The notes: generated by a model from the letters alone, not told the origin. Numbered from the stretch's first letter, positions 1-10,713 are shown. The stretch is 64,000 nt of DNA from Alphaproteobacteria bacterium (GCA_963665325.3 CAXXWS020000003.1:544001-608000), one strand, 5' to 3'. Numbers and translations are program-made.

Positions 1-69
1 CAGCGTGAAGCGCCCCGCGACTTGCGGCGGGCAGGGCAGGATGCGTCAGCCGTGATGCGTCGTACCCGA

Positions 70-122
70 GGCCCCCAAGGTCGGTGCATCCTTGATCCTT
101 GCGTGCACCGACCTTGGGGGCC
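70..122. repeat. 19-bp perfect stem-loop upstream of dctQ (probable intercistronic mRNA structure)
   Basis: ggcccccaaggtcggtgca (70-88) is the reverse complement of tgcaccgaccttgggggcc (104-122); no U-tract follows. Confidence 0.7.
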
Positions 123-257
123 GGCCGGGGCGGGGGTAGTTCATGGCAGCGCGCCTCGGGCGCTGCCAAAGAGGGGTAAGTCGCGCTGACGGTATCATTA
201 TGGCTGCCAGTAGCGCGTTTGACTCGCTGGCGCGACCGGTCTCGATAGGAACGGACG

Positions 258-791
258 GTGAAAGCAATCCAGTACTATCTGCATTTTACGGACTGGCTTA
301 ACGCGAGGTTTGCCTGGATCGTCGCGTTCATGATCGTCCCGATGCTCTGCATCATGGTCTGGGAAATCGTGATGCGGTACTTCTTCAATGCGCCGTCGCT
401 TTGGGCTTATGAAATATCGCTTTTCCTGTACGGCGGCTACATTGTGCTTGGCGGAGCCTACACGCACATGACCGGCGGCCATGTCAATGTGGACATCTTC
501 TGGGGTCAGCTCTCGCCTCGGGGGCGTGCGATGCTCGATATCGTCACCAGCGGTTTCACGTTCCTCTTTTTGGGCGTGCTGTTTTGGGTATCGCTGGAGA
601 TCACCATCAATTCCTGGCGGCTTGGAGAGACCACGATGACACATTGGAAACCCATCTATTATCCGTTGCGCACAACGCTGCCGGTGGGATGCTTGCTGTT
701 CCTGATGCAGGTTCTCGCCAAGCTGATCCGCGACGTGATGATCGTCATCAAGGGCGAAGATATCTTTCCGGTACGCGTGCAGGTTCCCTAA
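258..791 (+). CDS. dctQ: TRAP transporter small permease
   Basis: 177 aa, four hydrophobic helices, 'EIVMRYFFNAPSLWAYE' and 'GGHVNVD' DctQ motifs; followed by dctM. Confidence 0.92.
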   Translation: MKAIQYYLHFTDWLNARFAWIVAFMIVPMLCIMVWEIVMRYFFNAPSLWAYEISLFLYGGYIVLGGAYTHMTGGHVNVDIFWGQLSPRGRAMLDIVTSGFTFLFLGVLFWVSLEITINSWRLGETTMTHWKPIYYPLRTTLPVGCLLFLMQVLAKLIRDVMIVIKGEDIFPVRVQVP

Positions 792-868
792 CCCCCGCCG
801 CCTCGCTCCGTATGTCCACTGACGTGTCGACCATTGTGTCTCGACGACAGCCCCGCAGGAGTTAGCTC

Positions 869-2188
869 ATGTTTGGCCTTGGCCCGGAGTGGCTAACAGT
901 GATCCTGTTTGGCAGTCTCGTTGTGCTTCTGCTTTCGGGGCTGCCGCTGGTGTTCGCGATTGGCGGCGTCGCAACTTTCTTCATCATCTTCTTGTGGGGC
1001 CCGCACGCGCTGCCGATCCTCGCAAATCGAACATACATGGCCATGGACCTGTTCCTGCTCGTGGCCGTGCCCATGTTCATATTCATGGGTGCCTTGCTGC
1101 AGCGATGTGGCATCGCCGAAGAAATGTACGAATTGATGTACCACTGGATGGGCGGGCTCCGCGGTGGGCTTGCGGCCGGGACAGTACTCATCTGCACGCT
1201 GTTTGCAGCGATGGTCGGCATCAGCGGTGCCGCCACCACGTCGATGGGCCTGATTGCACTGCCCTCGATGCTCAGGCGCGGCTACAAGAAAGACATAGCG
1301 CTCGGTTGCATATCGGCAGGCGGTTCACTTGGAATCCTCATTCCGCCGAGCGTGCTGATGATCATCCTCGCTCTGACCTCGAGACAGTCGGTCGGCCAGA
1401 TGTTCATTGCCGGCATTGTGCCCGGGTTGCTGCTCAGCTCATTGTTTGTCGGGTATATCCTGATCCGCTGTTACATCCAGAAGGATATGGGACCGAGCGT
1501 GCCGCCGGATGACCGACTTCCGGCGGCTGAGCGTTTGAGGCTACTGAGGGCGTTGTTGCTTCCCGTCAGCCTGGTTTTTGCGGTGATGGGGTCCATGTTC
1601 TTCGGCTTCGCCACGCCCAGCGAGGCTTCGGCAATCGGCGCCCTCGGCGCGATTGTCAGCGCAGTGATCAAGCGGTCGTTCAATTGGAAGAACTTCACCT
1701 CGGCGCTATTCATCACGCTACGATTGAGCGCGATGGTAATCTGGATTGTATTCGCCGCCTCGGCGTTCACAGCGCTCTACGCCGTAACCGGTGCCTCTGC
1801 GCTCGTAGGTGGCTTGATCACGGGTATCGGCGATCCATGGATGGTGATCATTACCATGCAGATCATCCTGCTCGTGTTGGGAATGTTCTTCGATCCGGCG
1901 GGCATCGTTTTGCTGACCGCTCCCCTCTTTTTCCCGATTGTCACCTCGCTTGGCTTCGATCCACTTTGGTTTGCGATATTGTTCGTAATCAATATGGAGT
2001 TGGCCTTTCTGACGCCGCCCTTCGGATTCAATCTGTTCTACATGAAGGCGGTTGTGCCGCCAGGTGTGAACATGATGGATATCTACAAATCGACGACGCC
2101 GTTTGTCTTTCTCATGATACTGGGTCTCATTCTTTGCATGATCTTCCCCGAGATCATTACTTGGCTGCCGGGCCTGATGAGGGGCTAA
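869..2188 (+). CDS. dctM: TRAP transporter large permease
   Basis: 439 aa polytopic membrane protein with 'GSLGILIPPS' and 'LTPPFGFNLF' DctM motifs. Confidence 0.95.
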   Translation: MFGLGPEWLTVILFGSLVVLLLSGLPLVFAIGGVATFFIIFLWGPHALPILANRTYMAMDLFLLVAVPMFIFMGALLQRCGIAEEMYELMYHWMGGLRGGLAAGTVLICTLFAAMVGISGAATTSMGLIALPSMLRRGYKKDIALGCISAGGSLGILIPPSVLMIILALTSRQSVGQMFIAGIVPGLLLSSLFVGYILIRCYIQKDMGPSVPPDDRLPAAERLRLLRALLLPVSLVFAVMGSMFFGFATPSEASAIGALGAIVSAVIKRSFNWKNFTSALFITLRLSAMVIWIVFAASAFTALYAVTGASALVGGLITGIGDPWMVIITMQIILLVLGMFFDPAGIVLLTAPLFFPIVTSLGFDPLWFAILFVINMELAFLTPPFGFNLFYMKAVVPPGVNMMDIYKSTTPFVFLMILGLILCMIFPEIITWLPGLMRG

Positions 2189-2342
2189 CACATCTAAACC
2201 GTGCCGTGCATGACCTCGAGAGTGCCAGCCGCGGGAAGGCATGGCTCCAGACCGGCGACTGGAGTGTTGCCGCCGACAGTCGCGGCCGGGGGAAACTCTT
2301 GGCGTCGTGGCCGGGCTGCAAACCGGCTCCGTATCAACCCGA

Positions 2343-2427
2343 CAATCATCCATTACGACCCGGACACAGGTCGTCTCCTGTGGAGATTCAGGCCTGTAAA
2401 GGGCAAGGAGTGGCTTGACTGGAACGA
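2343..2427 (+). pseudogene. fragment resembling the N-terminus of phage HNH endonucleases
   Basis: Reads IIHYDPDTGRLLWRFRP...WN, like the YDPxTGxxxW start of HNH homing endonucleases; no HNH core follows. Confidence 0.4.
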
Positions 2428-2475
2428 AGGCTGGTTCCAGTCCGCATGGCCGCAAACAGCGGTCGACAAGTGCCC

Positions 2476-2595
2476 GGCCATGGACCTCGGCGGCGTTGCG
2501 GTGGACGAGCGTCAAACGGGTGCGGCGCTGGAGGAGTTGCGCAGGCAGGCTCCGGACGCCGCGCTCAAGGGGCTGGCGCCTCATTAACGGGGATG
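2476..2595 (+). repeat. dispersed direct repeat A, copy 1 (~120 bp)
   Basis: ggccatggacctcggcggcgttgcgg...ggctggcgcctcatt, near-identical to 16878-16997. Confidence 0.9.
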
Positions 2596-2867
2596 CTGCC
2601 CGTACTCCCCGTTGCGCCAGAGCACTCCATAGGCCGCCTCTCGTCCGGATCGACCCTGTAGCGCCCGGCATGGGCCTTGCGGCGTGGCGCCGGCCCGAAA
2701 TCTGGGCACATCGGGTTGCGGCGGACATTGGCGTTGAACTCGACCCCCGGCCCGATCTCCTGGAACGGGATCGGACCGAAGGCCCGAAGGTCGACTTCGA
2801 CCGCGGGCCGGGATCTTCCCACCATCGTTTCTCTTCCCCCTGCGGTTGTCCATGTTCGACGGCCGCC

Positions 2868-5800
2868 TCACCACCGCGCCGTCAGCCTGAACCCGCTGCC
2901 GTGCTCGGGCGGCGCGTCGTCGTTGGCGCTCTCGCGCCTTGTCGCCTCGAGCGAGAGTTCCAGCGAGCCCGTCCCCCGGCCGGCGTTGACCATCCGCCAG
3001 CCGAGGCTGTAGTCGCGGCCCGCCTGCGAGAGACCGAGCGCGATCTCCGGCGTGGCCGTAAACCGGTCGCCGAACATCGCGAAGCCGTAACCGAACCGCG
3101 CCTCCAGGCGGCGCTGCTCGAACCCGTCGCCATTCTCATTGGCCGCGAGCCCCTCCAGGGTCTCGCGCGTGAGCAGCGCGTCCTTGCCGCTCGACGCGCC
3201 GGCGCCGAAAGTCTGGCTGAGGCTGAGCGACGGGCCCCGGCCCGAGGAGCGCGGCGTCCAGGCGAGCGTGCCGGCGATGCCGCGGTCCCGGAGCCCCGCC
3301 GCCTCGTGGGTCAGCAAGCCCCGGCCCGACAGCGAGGCCGTGAGGCCGTGCTCCGGCAGGGCGAGGTCGATCCCGCCGGCGAGGTCGACGCCGTAGCCGG
3401 TCTCCGCGTCGCCGCCGTCATGGCGCAGCCCGAGTGCCAGGCGCGGCGTCGCGGTGGCGCCCCCGGCCGTCCCGCCCGCGCCGAGCGCCAGCGGCCAGGA
3501 GCCCTCCAGCCCGAGGGTGAGCCGCGACATGTCGGCCGTCGCCGCGGCGAGGTTGCCCTCCGAGGAGGACAGCCGGGCCGAGGTCGTTTGCACCCAGCGC
3601 GCGCCCGCGACCGCATCCAGCCGCGGGCCGTCGCGGCCCACCAGCGTCGCCCGCAGCCCGCCGGCCGCGAGCTTCATCGAGAGGTCGGTCTTCATCGCCG
3701 CCTGCTCTTCGGGCTTCACGGTGAGCTCGCCCGCGCCGTAGCCGGCCGCGCCCCAGACCGAGAGCCGCTCCGAGGCGGCATAGCCCGCCCATGGCGTCAC
3801 CGCCGTCACGTCCGCCTCGATGTCGCCGGAGCTCTCGCCCCGGTAGCCGCCCGTTCCCGTGCTGCGCGAGACCACCAGCCCCGTCGTCCAGCGGTCCCGG
3901 GCATGGTCGAAGCCGAGCAGGCCGGTGGTTACGTCGCCGTCCAGGCTGAGCGTGCCGTCGCGGCCCGCGAAGCGCGACTGCGCGATCCGGCCCCAGAGCG
4001 CGGCGAACCCGCTATCCTTCGTCCGGCCGGCCAGCAAGAAGGAGGAGCTCATCAGGACCTGCTGCGCCGTCATCGACCGCGACCGGGCCTGTGTGCTCTC
4101 CTCCTCCGCGTCCTCGCCGTTCAGCCAGTCCGTCAGCGACTTCAGCCGTGCGGTCTCCCCGGCATCCGCCGCTCCACCGGGCGTGGACCCGGCCGCCGCC
4201 GTCCCATCGGCCCCGACGGCGGATGCCGCACCTGGCTCCGTGGCGGCCGCCGTCACATCGATGGCCTCGCCGGCCAGCACGACCGACATGCCGGCGGAGC
4301 GCGACGCGCGCAGCCGCTCGTCCACCGCGGCCAGAACCTGGTCCGCCACCGTGCGCCCGAAGCGCGCGATCCAGGCCTTCGGGATATGACCCGTGTTGTG
4401 GATCGTGCCGGTCGCCGTCGCGTCCTCCAGATATGCGCGCCCCGTGGGGTTGGAGAGGGTGAGCATCATGGTCTCGCTGCCCTCGTCCTCCGCGTCGGCA
4501 TGCACCGGCACCGACACCGTCTTCTCCGTCTCACCCGCCTCGAAGGTGAGCCTCCCACTCGTCTCGGTGTAGTCCCCGGGCGCCACCGCCGTGCCGTCCG
4601 AGGTCGCGTAGTCCACCGTGACCGTGCCCGAAGCCTCCCGGCTCAGGGTCACCACGAACTCGAGCGGCGCATCCGTCCCGTCTGTCCCCTCGTCAACCTC
4701 CGCGTCCGTCACCGACAGCGCCGACGGACCCGGAATGTTTACCGGGAGCACGCTCGAGAGCTTCCTGCCGTCCGGCGTGCAGAGCGCGTCCGTACCGCTG
4801 CAGTCACCGGTCGTCGTCGGCAGGCTCACCGTCACCGCTTCGTTGCCCAAAGGCTTGACCACCACCCGCCACAGGTCGCGACGCCCGTCCACGCGGCGTA
4901 CCCGGCGCACCTTCCCTCCCGTCGCCGCCAGCGTCCTCGCGATCCTTCTCCCCGAGCCCCCGGGCGGCAGTGCCTCGCTGAACAGGAGCCGGAGCTGGAA
5001 ATTGCTCGACCCGTCATGCTCCGCCGGCACCGACTGGAACGTGGCCGTGAGCGGTGTCGACAGCGCCCGCCGCCCCTGCGGTGGACCCGGCACGAGCGCA
5101 ACCGGCGCCGTCGAGAGCACCCGTCCGTCGCGCGTGCACAACGCACCGGTCTCCGAGCACGCCCGGTTGACCGGCACCAGGATCGTCACCGCCCCGTTGC
5201 CCGATGGCGCGACGGTCAGCTCCCACAGGTCGCTACGCCCGTCCACCTTCGCGGCCCCCGTCACCGTCCCGCCGCTCACCAACAGCGCGTGGTCGCGCAT
5301 GTCATCTGCGCCGATCGTCACCTCCTCGCTGAACGAAACCCGGAGTGGGAACGAAGTCGACCCGTCGTGCGACGACGGCGGCGGGTCCGCAAATAAGGCC
5401 GTCAGCGGCTCGGCCGCGGTCGCCATCGACAGCCCGCGCCAATCCCGGGAGATGATGAGCCGGTAGAACTGCTGATGTGTGAATCTGTTCAGCTTGACCA
5501 CGACGGTGACCGTTCCGTTGCGCACATTCAGCTGATCGGTGGCGGAAAACTCGGGCAGGCCGGGTGAGTTGCGATGCAACGTCAAATCGGTATCGGGGTC
5601 GACCGCTGCCGCGCTCACCGTGACATGCGTGGTTTCCTCGGACACCTCCGCGAAGTAGGTGCGGGCTTGGGGCCAGGGTTTGCTGAATGAGGTCAGCGTC
5701 CCGGAAACCGGCGTCACCGTGAGGTTCCGGATGACGCTGTCGACGGGATTCACCCGGTTGCGCTCGACGGTGTAGGTGTAGGTCCGGGTGGTCACGCCGT

Positions 5801-7304
5801 CGGGCGCGGTCACCGTCGCCGTCACCCGGGCGGTGCCGTCGGCGACGCGGAACGTCGCCGTTGCGCCGCCGTCATAGCGGTCCGCGGTGCTCTCGACTGT
5901 GCTGCCGCCAAAGGTCACCGTCGCGCCCGGCGTGTAGGGCGCCGCCACCAGCACCAGCCGCTCGGTGGGCTCGGGCGCCTCCGCCTCGTAGGCGTCGGTG
6001 TCCGGGGAGAACGCCGGCGATCCGCGCAGGTAGCCGCCGGCCGGGTAGGTGAGCCACAGCGCCCGCAGCCGCGCATCGTCTGCGGTGCTCACCCAGCGGC
6101 CCATCTCGCGGGCGAATTGCTTGCCGCTCGTGCTGCAAATCGAGTGGCTCTCGCTGCAGTCCCGGGCCGCCCGCACGCGGATGCGAAGCGGCCCCGCCGA
6201 GGAAGGCGTGACAGTCATCCGGTACTTCCGCGCGCTACCGTCGCGCGCGGAAAAGTTGCTCATTGTCCCGTTTTCGACCGCGACCGCCGCCGAAACGTTG
6301 GCGAGCGGCGAGTCGATGGCCTCGGGGAACCCGAGATCCACCGTGAACGGCGTGCTCCCGTCGTGCGAGTCCGGCAAGCCGGAGAACCAGCCCTTGAGCC
6401 GGTCCCGCCGGGTCACGACCAGGGTGTAGGTCTTCGTGGTCACGTTGTCCCCGGCAGTCACCTTCACCCGGTAGGTGTTCGAGCCGATCAAAAGCCGGGA
6501 ATCGAGCGCGTCCGTGCGGCCATTCCGATCGTAGTAGGCATTGCCGCTGGCGCCGAGATACTCCACCGTCGCCTGGTCGTGGGACGTCGTCGCCGCCAGC
6601 TCCACATAGTCCACGCCGTGCGCCACCGTAGCCGTATATTCCTCCGTGTCCGACGTGAAGGATGGCGTGAAGGCGATGGCGGAACCGTCGGAGGCATCCT
6701 TCAGCGTCAGCGCGCTCAGGGAGGCGGAAACATCGACCAGCTTCACGGCGACCGTCGAACCCATCCCGGGCTCCGGCCAGGGCCGCCCGCTATCGTTGTC
6801 CGCAACCTCCCACCCAAACCGAACTGCGGTGAAATTGTCTCCCACCGACGTCCCAATAGCAGCCTCGGAAAGGCTGAAAACCTTGCTTCCGATATGCAGC
6901 CGCCAATTCTGCGACCGAGAGGGGAGCTGGAATAGAGAGCCGGGGGAGATGGTGAGTCGAACAGAGTTGTCGTCCCGGATGCCTGCATCGTATCGCAGAA
7001 CCTCGACGCCATAGGTCGTCCCGTCGAACTCGAAACTCTTGCCATCCGTATCGGTGAGGCTGCCATAGGGGCACCAGGATGGGTTCAGAAAAGCACTCGC
7101 CCACGCCTCCGAGCAGTAGCCCTCCGGGCCGTCCTCCGCGTCTGGTTCAGCAATGTTCAGGGTGGCCGACCAGAGTTCCGTCTCTGCCTGCACGGGGTTC
7201 GCGGTGCCGAACAGTGCGGCGAAGGCGAGCAGCAATGCGATCGCTACCCGGCGTTCGCCGGCATTGCGGCGGTACGAACGCACTTTCGCTCCTTCAAGAT
7301 GCAT
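2868..7304 (-). CDS. large surface adhesin / autotransporter-like protein (cadherin-like beta-sandwiches, Calx-beta, C-terminal beta-barrel)
   Basis: 1478 aa; signal peptide; 'LSALTL..F.P.F.....Y.ATV' and 'VTA.DG.T..TYT..V.R' cadherin-like units; 'LSVTDAEVDEG...VTVDYATSDGTAVAPGDY...LTFEAGETEKTVSV' Calx-beta; barrel region ending in W. Start codon uncertain. Confidence 0.85.
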   Translation of the reverse strand: MHLEGAKVRSYRRNAGERRVAIALLLAFAALFGTANPVQAETELWSATLNIAEPDAEDGPEGYCSEAWASAFLNPSWCPYGSLTDTDGKSFEFDGTTYGVEVLRYDAGIRDDNSVRLTISPGSLFQLPSRSQNWRLHIGSKVFSLSEAAIGTSVGDNFTAVRFGWEVADNDSGRPWPEPGMGSTVAVKLVDVSASLSALTLKDASDGSAIAFTPSFTSDTEEYTATVAHGVDYVELAATTSHDQATVEYLGASGNAYYDRNGRTDALDSRLLIGSNTYRVKVTAGDNVTTKTYTLVVTRRDRLKGWFSGLPDSHDGSTPFTVDLGFPEAIDSPLANVSAAVAVENGTMSNFSARDGSARKYRMTVTPSSAGPLRIRVRAARDCSESHSICSTSGKQFAREMGRWVSTADDARLRALWLTYPAGGYLRGSPAFSPDTDAYEAEAPEPTERLVLVAAPYTPGATVTFGGSTVESTADRYDGGATATFRVADGTARVTATVTAPDGVTTRTYTYTVERNRVNPVDSVIRNLTVTPVSGTLTSFSKPWPQARTYFAEVSEETTHVTVSAAAVDPDTDLTLHRNSPGLPEFSATDQLNVRNGTVTVVVKLNRFTHQQFYRLIISRDWRGLSMATAAEPLTALFADPPPSSHDGSTSFPLRVSFSEEVTIGADDMRDHALLVSGGTVTGAAKVDGRSDLWELTVAPSGNGAVTILVPVNRACSETGALCTRDGRVLSTAPVALVPGPPQGRRALSTPLTATFQSVPAEHDGSSNFQLRLLFSEALPPGGSGRRIARTLAATGGKVRRVRRVDGRRDLWRVVVKPLGNEAVTVSLPTTTGDCSGTDALCTPDGRKLSSVLPVNIPGPSALSVTDAEVDEGTDGTDAPLEFVVTLSREASGTVTVDYATSDGTAVAPGDYTETSGRLTFEAGETEKTVSVPVHADAEDEGSETMMLTLSNPTGRAYLEDATATGTIHNTGHIPKAWIARFGRTVADQVLAAVDERLRASRSAGMSVVLAGEAIDVTAAATEPGAASAVGADGTAAAGSTPGGAADAGETARLKSLTDWLNGEDAEEESTQARSRSMTAQQVLMSSSFLLAGRTKDSGFAALWGRIAQSRFAGRDGTLSLDGDVTTGLLGFDHARDRWTTGLVVSRSTGTGGYRGESSGDIEADVTAVTPWAGYAASERLSVWGAAGYGAGELTVKPEEQAAMKTDLSMKLAAGGLRATLVGRDGPRLDAVAGARWVQTTSARLSSSEGNLAAATADMSRLTLGLEGSWPLALGAGGTAGGATATPRLALGLRHDGGDAETGYGVDLAGGIDLALPEHGLTASLSGRGLLTHEAAGLRDRGIAGTLAWTPRSSGRGPSLSLSQTFGAGASSGKDALLTRETLEGLAANENGDGFEQRRLEARFGYGFAMFGDRFTATPEIALGLSQAGRDYSLGWRMVNAGRGTGSLELSLEATRRESANDDAPPEHGSGFRLTARW

Positions 7305-7811
7305 CCGGTAAGAACCCCCTTCGCGAACCGGCGGGCTTGAGCGAAGCTGTGCGATCGCGTGTGGGCACCAAGGGGCAAGACAAGTGCCGCCGAGGAGCCC
7401 TCTCCCCCCAAAGGATGATGGCTTTATTTGTCTATTTGTTCAATTACAAATTATATTTTGAATACTATGTCAACGACAGAGGAAGAATGTACCGGCGTTG
7501 GAGTGGGCTCCTGGGGCGTAAGCGCTTTGGGCGCCCCACCTTCCAGCAGAGCCTCTGATTTGAGATTCACCGCTTTCACGAAAGCGGGAGGTGAGTTGTA
7601 AGCGATGCAATGACGTCCAGGGTCGGAAGAAAGCTTGGCATTGCCCAAAATTGGCGGTCAACAAGAATGCTGAAATTCACCGCAACAAGAGCAAGAGAAT
7701 GTAACGGGACAGCAATGCCCCGTAATGCCGGCGGGCGCCATGACCGCGATAGTTCTTGGTGCCACCTTTGCTGCGAAAATTCGTTTCGCGCTCGAGTGAT
7801 GGAGAAATTCA

Positions 7812-9929
7812 ATGGCCGAAAAGACAGTCTTCAGCGCCTGTCCGCACGATTGCCCCGACACCTGCGCGATGCTGACTACGGTCGTCGACGGCGAAGTCGT
7901 CAACGTGCGCGGCAACCCGGACCACCCGTTCACGCGGGGCGGTCTGTGCGTCAAAGTCAACGACTATGAGAACCGGGTCTACAGCGAAAACCGTGTGCTC
8001 ACCCCGCTGCGCCGGACCGGCGCCAAGGGCGACGGGAAATTCGAGCCGATAAGCTGGAGCGCGGCGCTGGAGGAAATTTCCGGCCGCTGGAAGGGAATCA
8101 TCGACCGCGACGGGCCGGCCGCAATTCTGCCCTACAGCTATCTCGGCACCGAGGGCATCCTGAACGGGCTGAACGCCGGCGACGCCTTTTTCAACAGGCT
8201 GGGCGCGACGGTGGCCGAGCGCACCTTTTGCGATTCCGCCGCCATCACCGCCTTCTTCATGACCTGCGGCCCGACCCCGGCGGTCGACCCGGAGAGCTTC
8301 GTCCACTCCCGCTACATCGTCCTGTGGGCGATCAACACGATCAGCACCAACCTGCACCACTGGCCGTTCATCGCCGAGGCCCAGCGCCGCGGCGCCAAGG
8401 TGGTGGTCATCGATCCGGTCGCGACCAGGACGGCCAAGCGGGCCGACTGGCACCTCGCCATCAAGCCCGGCACCGACGCCGCCCTGGCGCTCGGCATGAT
8501 CAACGTCATCATCGCCGAGGACCTGGTCGACCATGACTATGTCGCGAATTACACCGTCGGCTACGAGGATCTGAAGTCCCGCGCAGCCAACTTCACGCCG
8601 AGCCGTGTGGCGGCGATCACCGGGCTCTCCACTGACGACATCAGGAAGCTGGCCCGCGAATTCGCCGTCACGCAGCCGTCGGTCATCCGCATGGGCGTCG
8701 CGATCGAGCGCAACGCCTCGGGCGGCAACGCCGTGCGCGCCATGGCCTGCCTGCCCGGCCTGGTCGGCTCGTGGCGCCATTGCGGCGGCGGCATCCTGCA
8801 CATGCCGATCTGGGCCTTCCCGCTGAAATGGGACGATCTCAGCCGCCCCGACTGGATTCCCGAAGGCACGCCGGTTATCAACCAGTGGCGCATCGGCCCG
8901 GCGCTGACCGGCGAACTGGAGCAGAAGATCAGCTCGCTGTTCGTCTACAACTCGAATCCCGCCGTGGTCGCGCCCGAGCAGGAGAAGGTGTTGCGCGGCC
9001 TGGCGCGCGACGACCTGTTCACGGTGGTCAGCGAGCATTTCATCACCGATACCGCGCGCTACGCCGATATCGTCCTGCCGGCAACGACCCAGCTCGAACA
9101 GTTCGATCTCATGTTCTCCTGGGGCCACCTGTATCTCACGCTGAACGAGCCGGCGATCGAACCGCGCGGCGAGGCGGTGCCGAACACCGAATTGTTCCGG
9201 CGCCTCGCCGGCGCCATGGGCTTCGACGACCTCTACTGGCAGCGCAGCGACGAGGAAATGGCCCTGGATGCGCTCGACTGGGAGAACCCGGTGCTCGACG
9301 GCATCGATCTCGCCAGCCTGCGCAAGACCGGATATGCGCGCCTCAAGGTCGGCTCGCCGGACGATTTCGTGCCCCATCGCGACGGCAATTTCCCGACGCC
9401 GTCCGGCAAGGTCGAGTTCAAATCCTCCATAGCCGCGGGCGGCAACATGGTGCTGCCCCTGTTCCGCCAAGGCTACCTTGCCGAACAGTCCGGCGAACCG
9501 CTCGATCCACTGCCGGATTTCATCCCGCAGAAGGAGTCCCCCGATACCAATCCCGCGCTCGCGGCCCGCTACCCGCTCAACATGATCTCGCCCAAGAGCC
9601 ACGCCTTCCTGAACTCGTCCTACGGCAACCTGCGCACCCAGCTGCATCACGCCGGCGAGCAGATTATCGTCATTCATCCGGCGGACGCCGAAGAACGCGG
9701 CATCGCCGGCGGCAGCGAAGTCCGGGTGTTCAACGACCGCGGCGATTTCCATGCGGTGGCCGAGATCAGCGAAGATGCCCGGCCCGGCGTCGTCGTCGCA
9801 CCCATGGGCTACTGGGTGAAGGGCAGCCGCAACGGCTGCACGGTGAACGCGATCACTCCGCCGGCCTTCGCCGACTACGGCAACGCGCCTACCTTCTCGG
9901 ATACGCTGGTCGAGGTCGCGGCGGCGTAA
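7812..9929 (+). CDS. molybdopterin-dependent oxidoreductase, DMSO reductase superfamily
   Basis: N-terminal CPHDCPDTC...GGLC 4Fe-4S motif, 'ADIVLPA', C-terminal molybdopterin-dinucleotide domain 'IHPADAEERGI'; no Tat signal. Confidence 0.93.
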   Translation: MAEKTVFSACPHDCPDTCAMLTTVVDGEVVNVRGNPDHPFTRGGLCVKVNDYENRVYSENRVLTPLRRTGAKGDGKFEPISWSAALEEISGRWKGIIDRDGPAAILPYSYLGTEGILNGLNAGDAFFNRLGATVAERTFCDSAAITAFFMTCGPTPAVDPESFVHSRYIVLWAINTISTNLHHWPFIAEAQRRGAKVVVIDPVATRTAKRADWHLAIKPGTDAALALGMINVIIAEDLVDHDYVANYTVGYEDLKSRAANFTPSRVAAITGLSTDDIRKLAREFAVTQPSVIRMGVAIERNASGGNAVRAMACLPGLVGSWRHCGGGILHMPIWAFPLKWDDLSRPDWIPEGTPVINQWRIGPALTGELEQKISSLFVYNSNPAVVAPEQEKVLRGLARDDLFTVVSEHFITDTARYADIVLPATTQLEQFDLMFSWGHLYLTLNEPAIEPRGEAVPNTELFRRLAGAMGFDDLYWQRSDEEMALDALDWENPVLDGIDLASLRKTGYARLKVGSPDDFVPHRDGNFPTPSGKVEFKSSIAAGGNMVLPLFRQGYLAEQSGEPLDPLPDFIPQKESPDTNPALAARYPLNMISPKSHAFLNSSYGNLRTQLHHAGEQIIVIHPADAEERGIAGGSEVRVFNDRGDFHAVAEISEDARPGVVVAPMGYWVKGSRNGCTVNAITPPAFADYGNAPTFSDTLVEVAAA

Positions 9930-10051
9930 CCCTGATTCCTCCCCTTCCGACACCCGGGTTACCCGCGGCCCGTAGCGCCGTTGCGCGGCGCTGGCTCGGC
10001 GGGCTCTCGAAATCGGGCAGCAACAGCGTCGCGGTGGCCGCGCGTCGCTCC
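9833..10051 (+). repeat. dispersed direct repeat B, copy 1 (219 bp; 3' end of the oxidoreductase gene plus downstream DNA)
   Basis: Near-identical to 12481-12699. Confidence 0.92.
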
Positions 10052-10149
10052 TCCCCCGACATATCGTTCTTTTTTGGTCCGGGACCGACTGCTCTCCCTT
10101 CTGCGCTTAAGCGCAAGTCCGAGCCGCGCTCGATCCCAGCAGCGCTGAT

Positions 10150-10713
10150 GTGTCCGGAACGGCCGAGCCGGGAGCCGCGCAGGAGTGCGGCGCGATGTTG
10201 AACGAGATCGCGGACTCATCGATCCTCGCTATCGAAGAGTCGAAGCGAAATGTCGATGCGGCCGCCCTGCACCGGGCGGTCGAAATGCTGGACGGCGCCA
10301 GATCCATCCATGTCGTCGGATACCGCCCGGCTTCCTGGGTCGCCGCCTGCCTGTTCGACGGCCTGACCCAGCTCGGTCGCCGCTGCCGCCGGATCGGCTC
10401 GCCTGCAATTTCGGCACTGCGGACCGTCTCGGCCCTGGGCGCTGAAGACCTGCTGTTGGCCATCTGTTTTTCGGACGATGACGATTCGGCTGTTCGGGTC
10501 GCGGCGGCGGCACAGGCGCGAAAGGTCCCGGTACTCGCTTTCGCGCACAGGATCGATCACCCCCTTGCCGGCGCTTCCAGCCTCTTCATGGCGATGCCCG
10601 CCTCTCTCGAAAGCAAGTTCGAACCTTGGGCCGCCCGCATGATGTTCGCCCAGGCCCTGATTCTGGCACTGGAGAAGCGGCGGGCGAGGCAACAGCGGGG
10701 TGGGAGCGGATGA
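10150..10713 (+). pseudogene. MurR/RpiR-family regulator, SIS domain only (HTH missing)
   Basis: 'LHRAVEMLDGARSIHVVGYRPAS', 'EDLLLAICFS', 'ARKVPVLAF' are SIS features; an in-frame TAA at 10108 leaves no room for the N-terminal HTH. Confidence 0.7.

Noticed and set aside
2415-5396. 993-aa plus-strand ORF
   Set aside because: Arg/Pro-rich antisense shadow of the adhesin gene; long stop-free frames are expected at this GC content.
7305-7811. Possible Moco or c-di-GMP riboswitch between the adhesin and the Mo-enzyme
   Set aside because: No consensus I could recognise; only an AT-rich promoter-like tract with TTGACA/TATAAT at a wrong 12-bp spacing. An Rfam scan would settle it.
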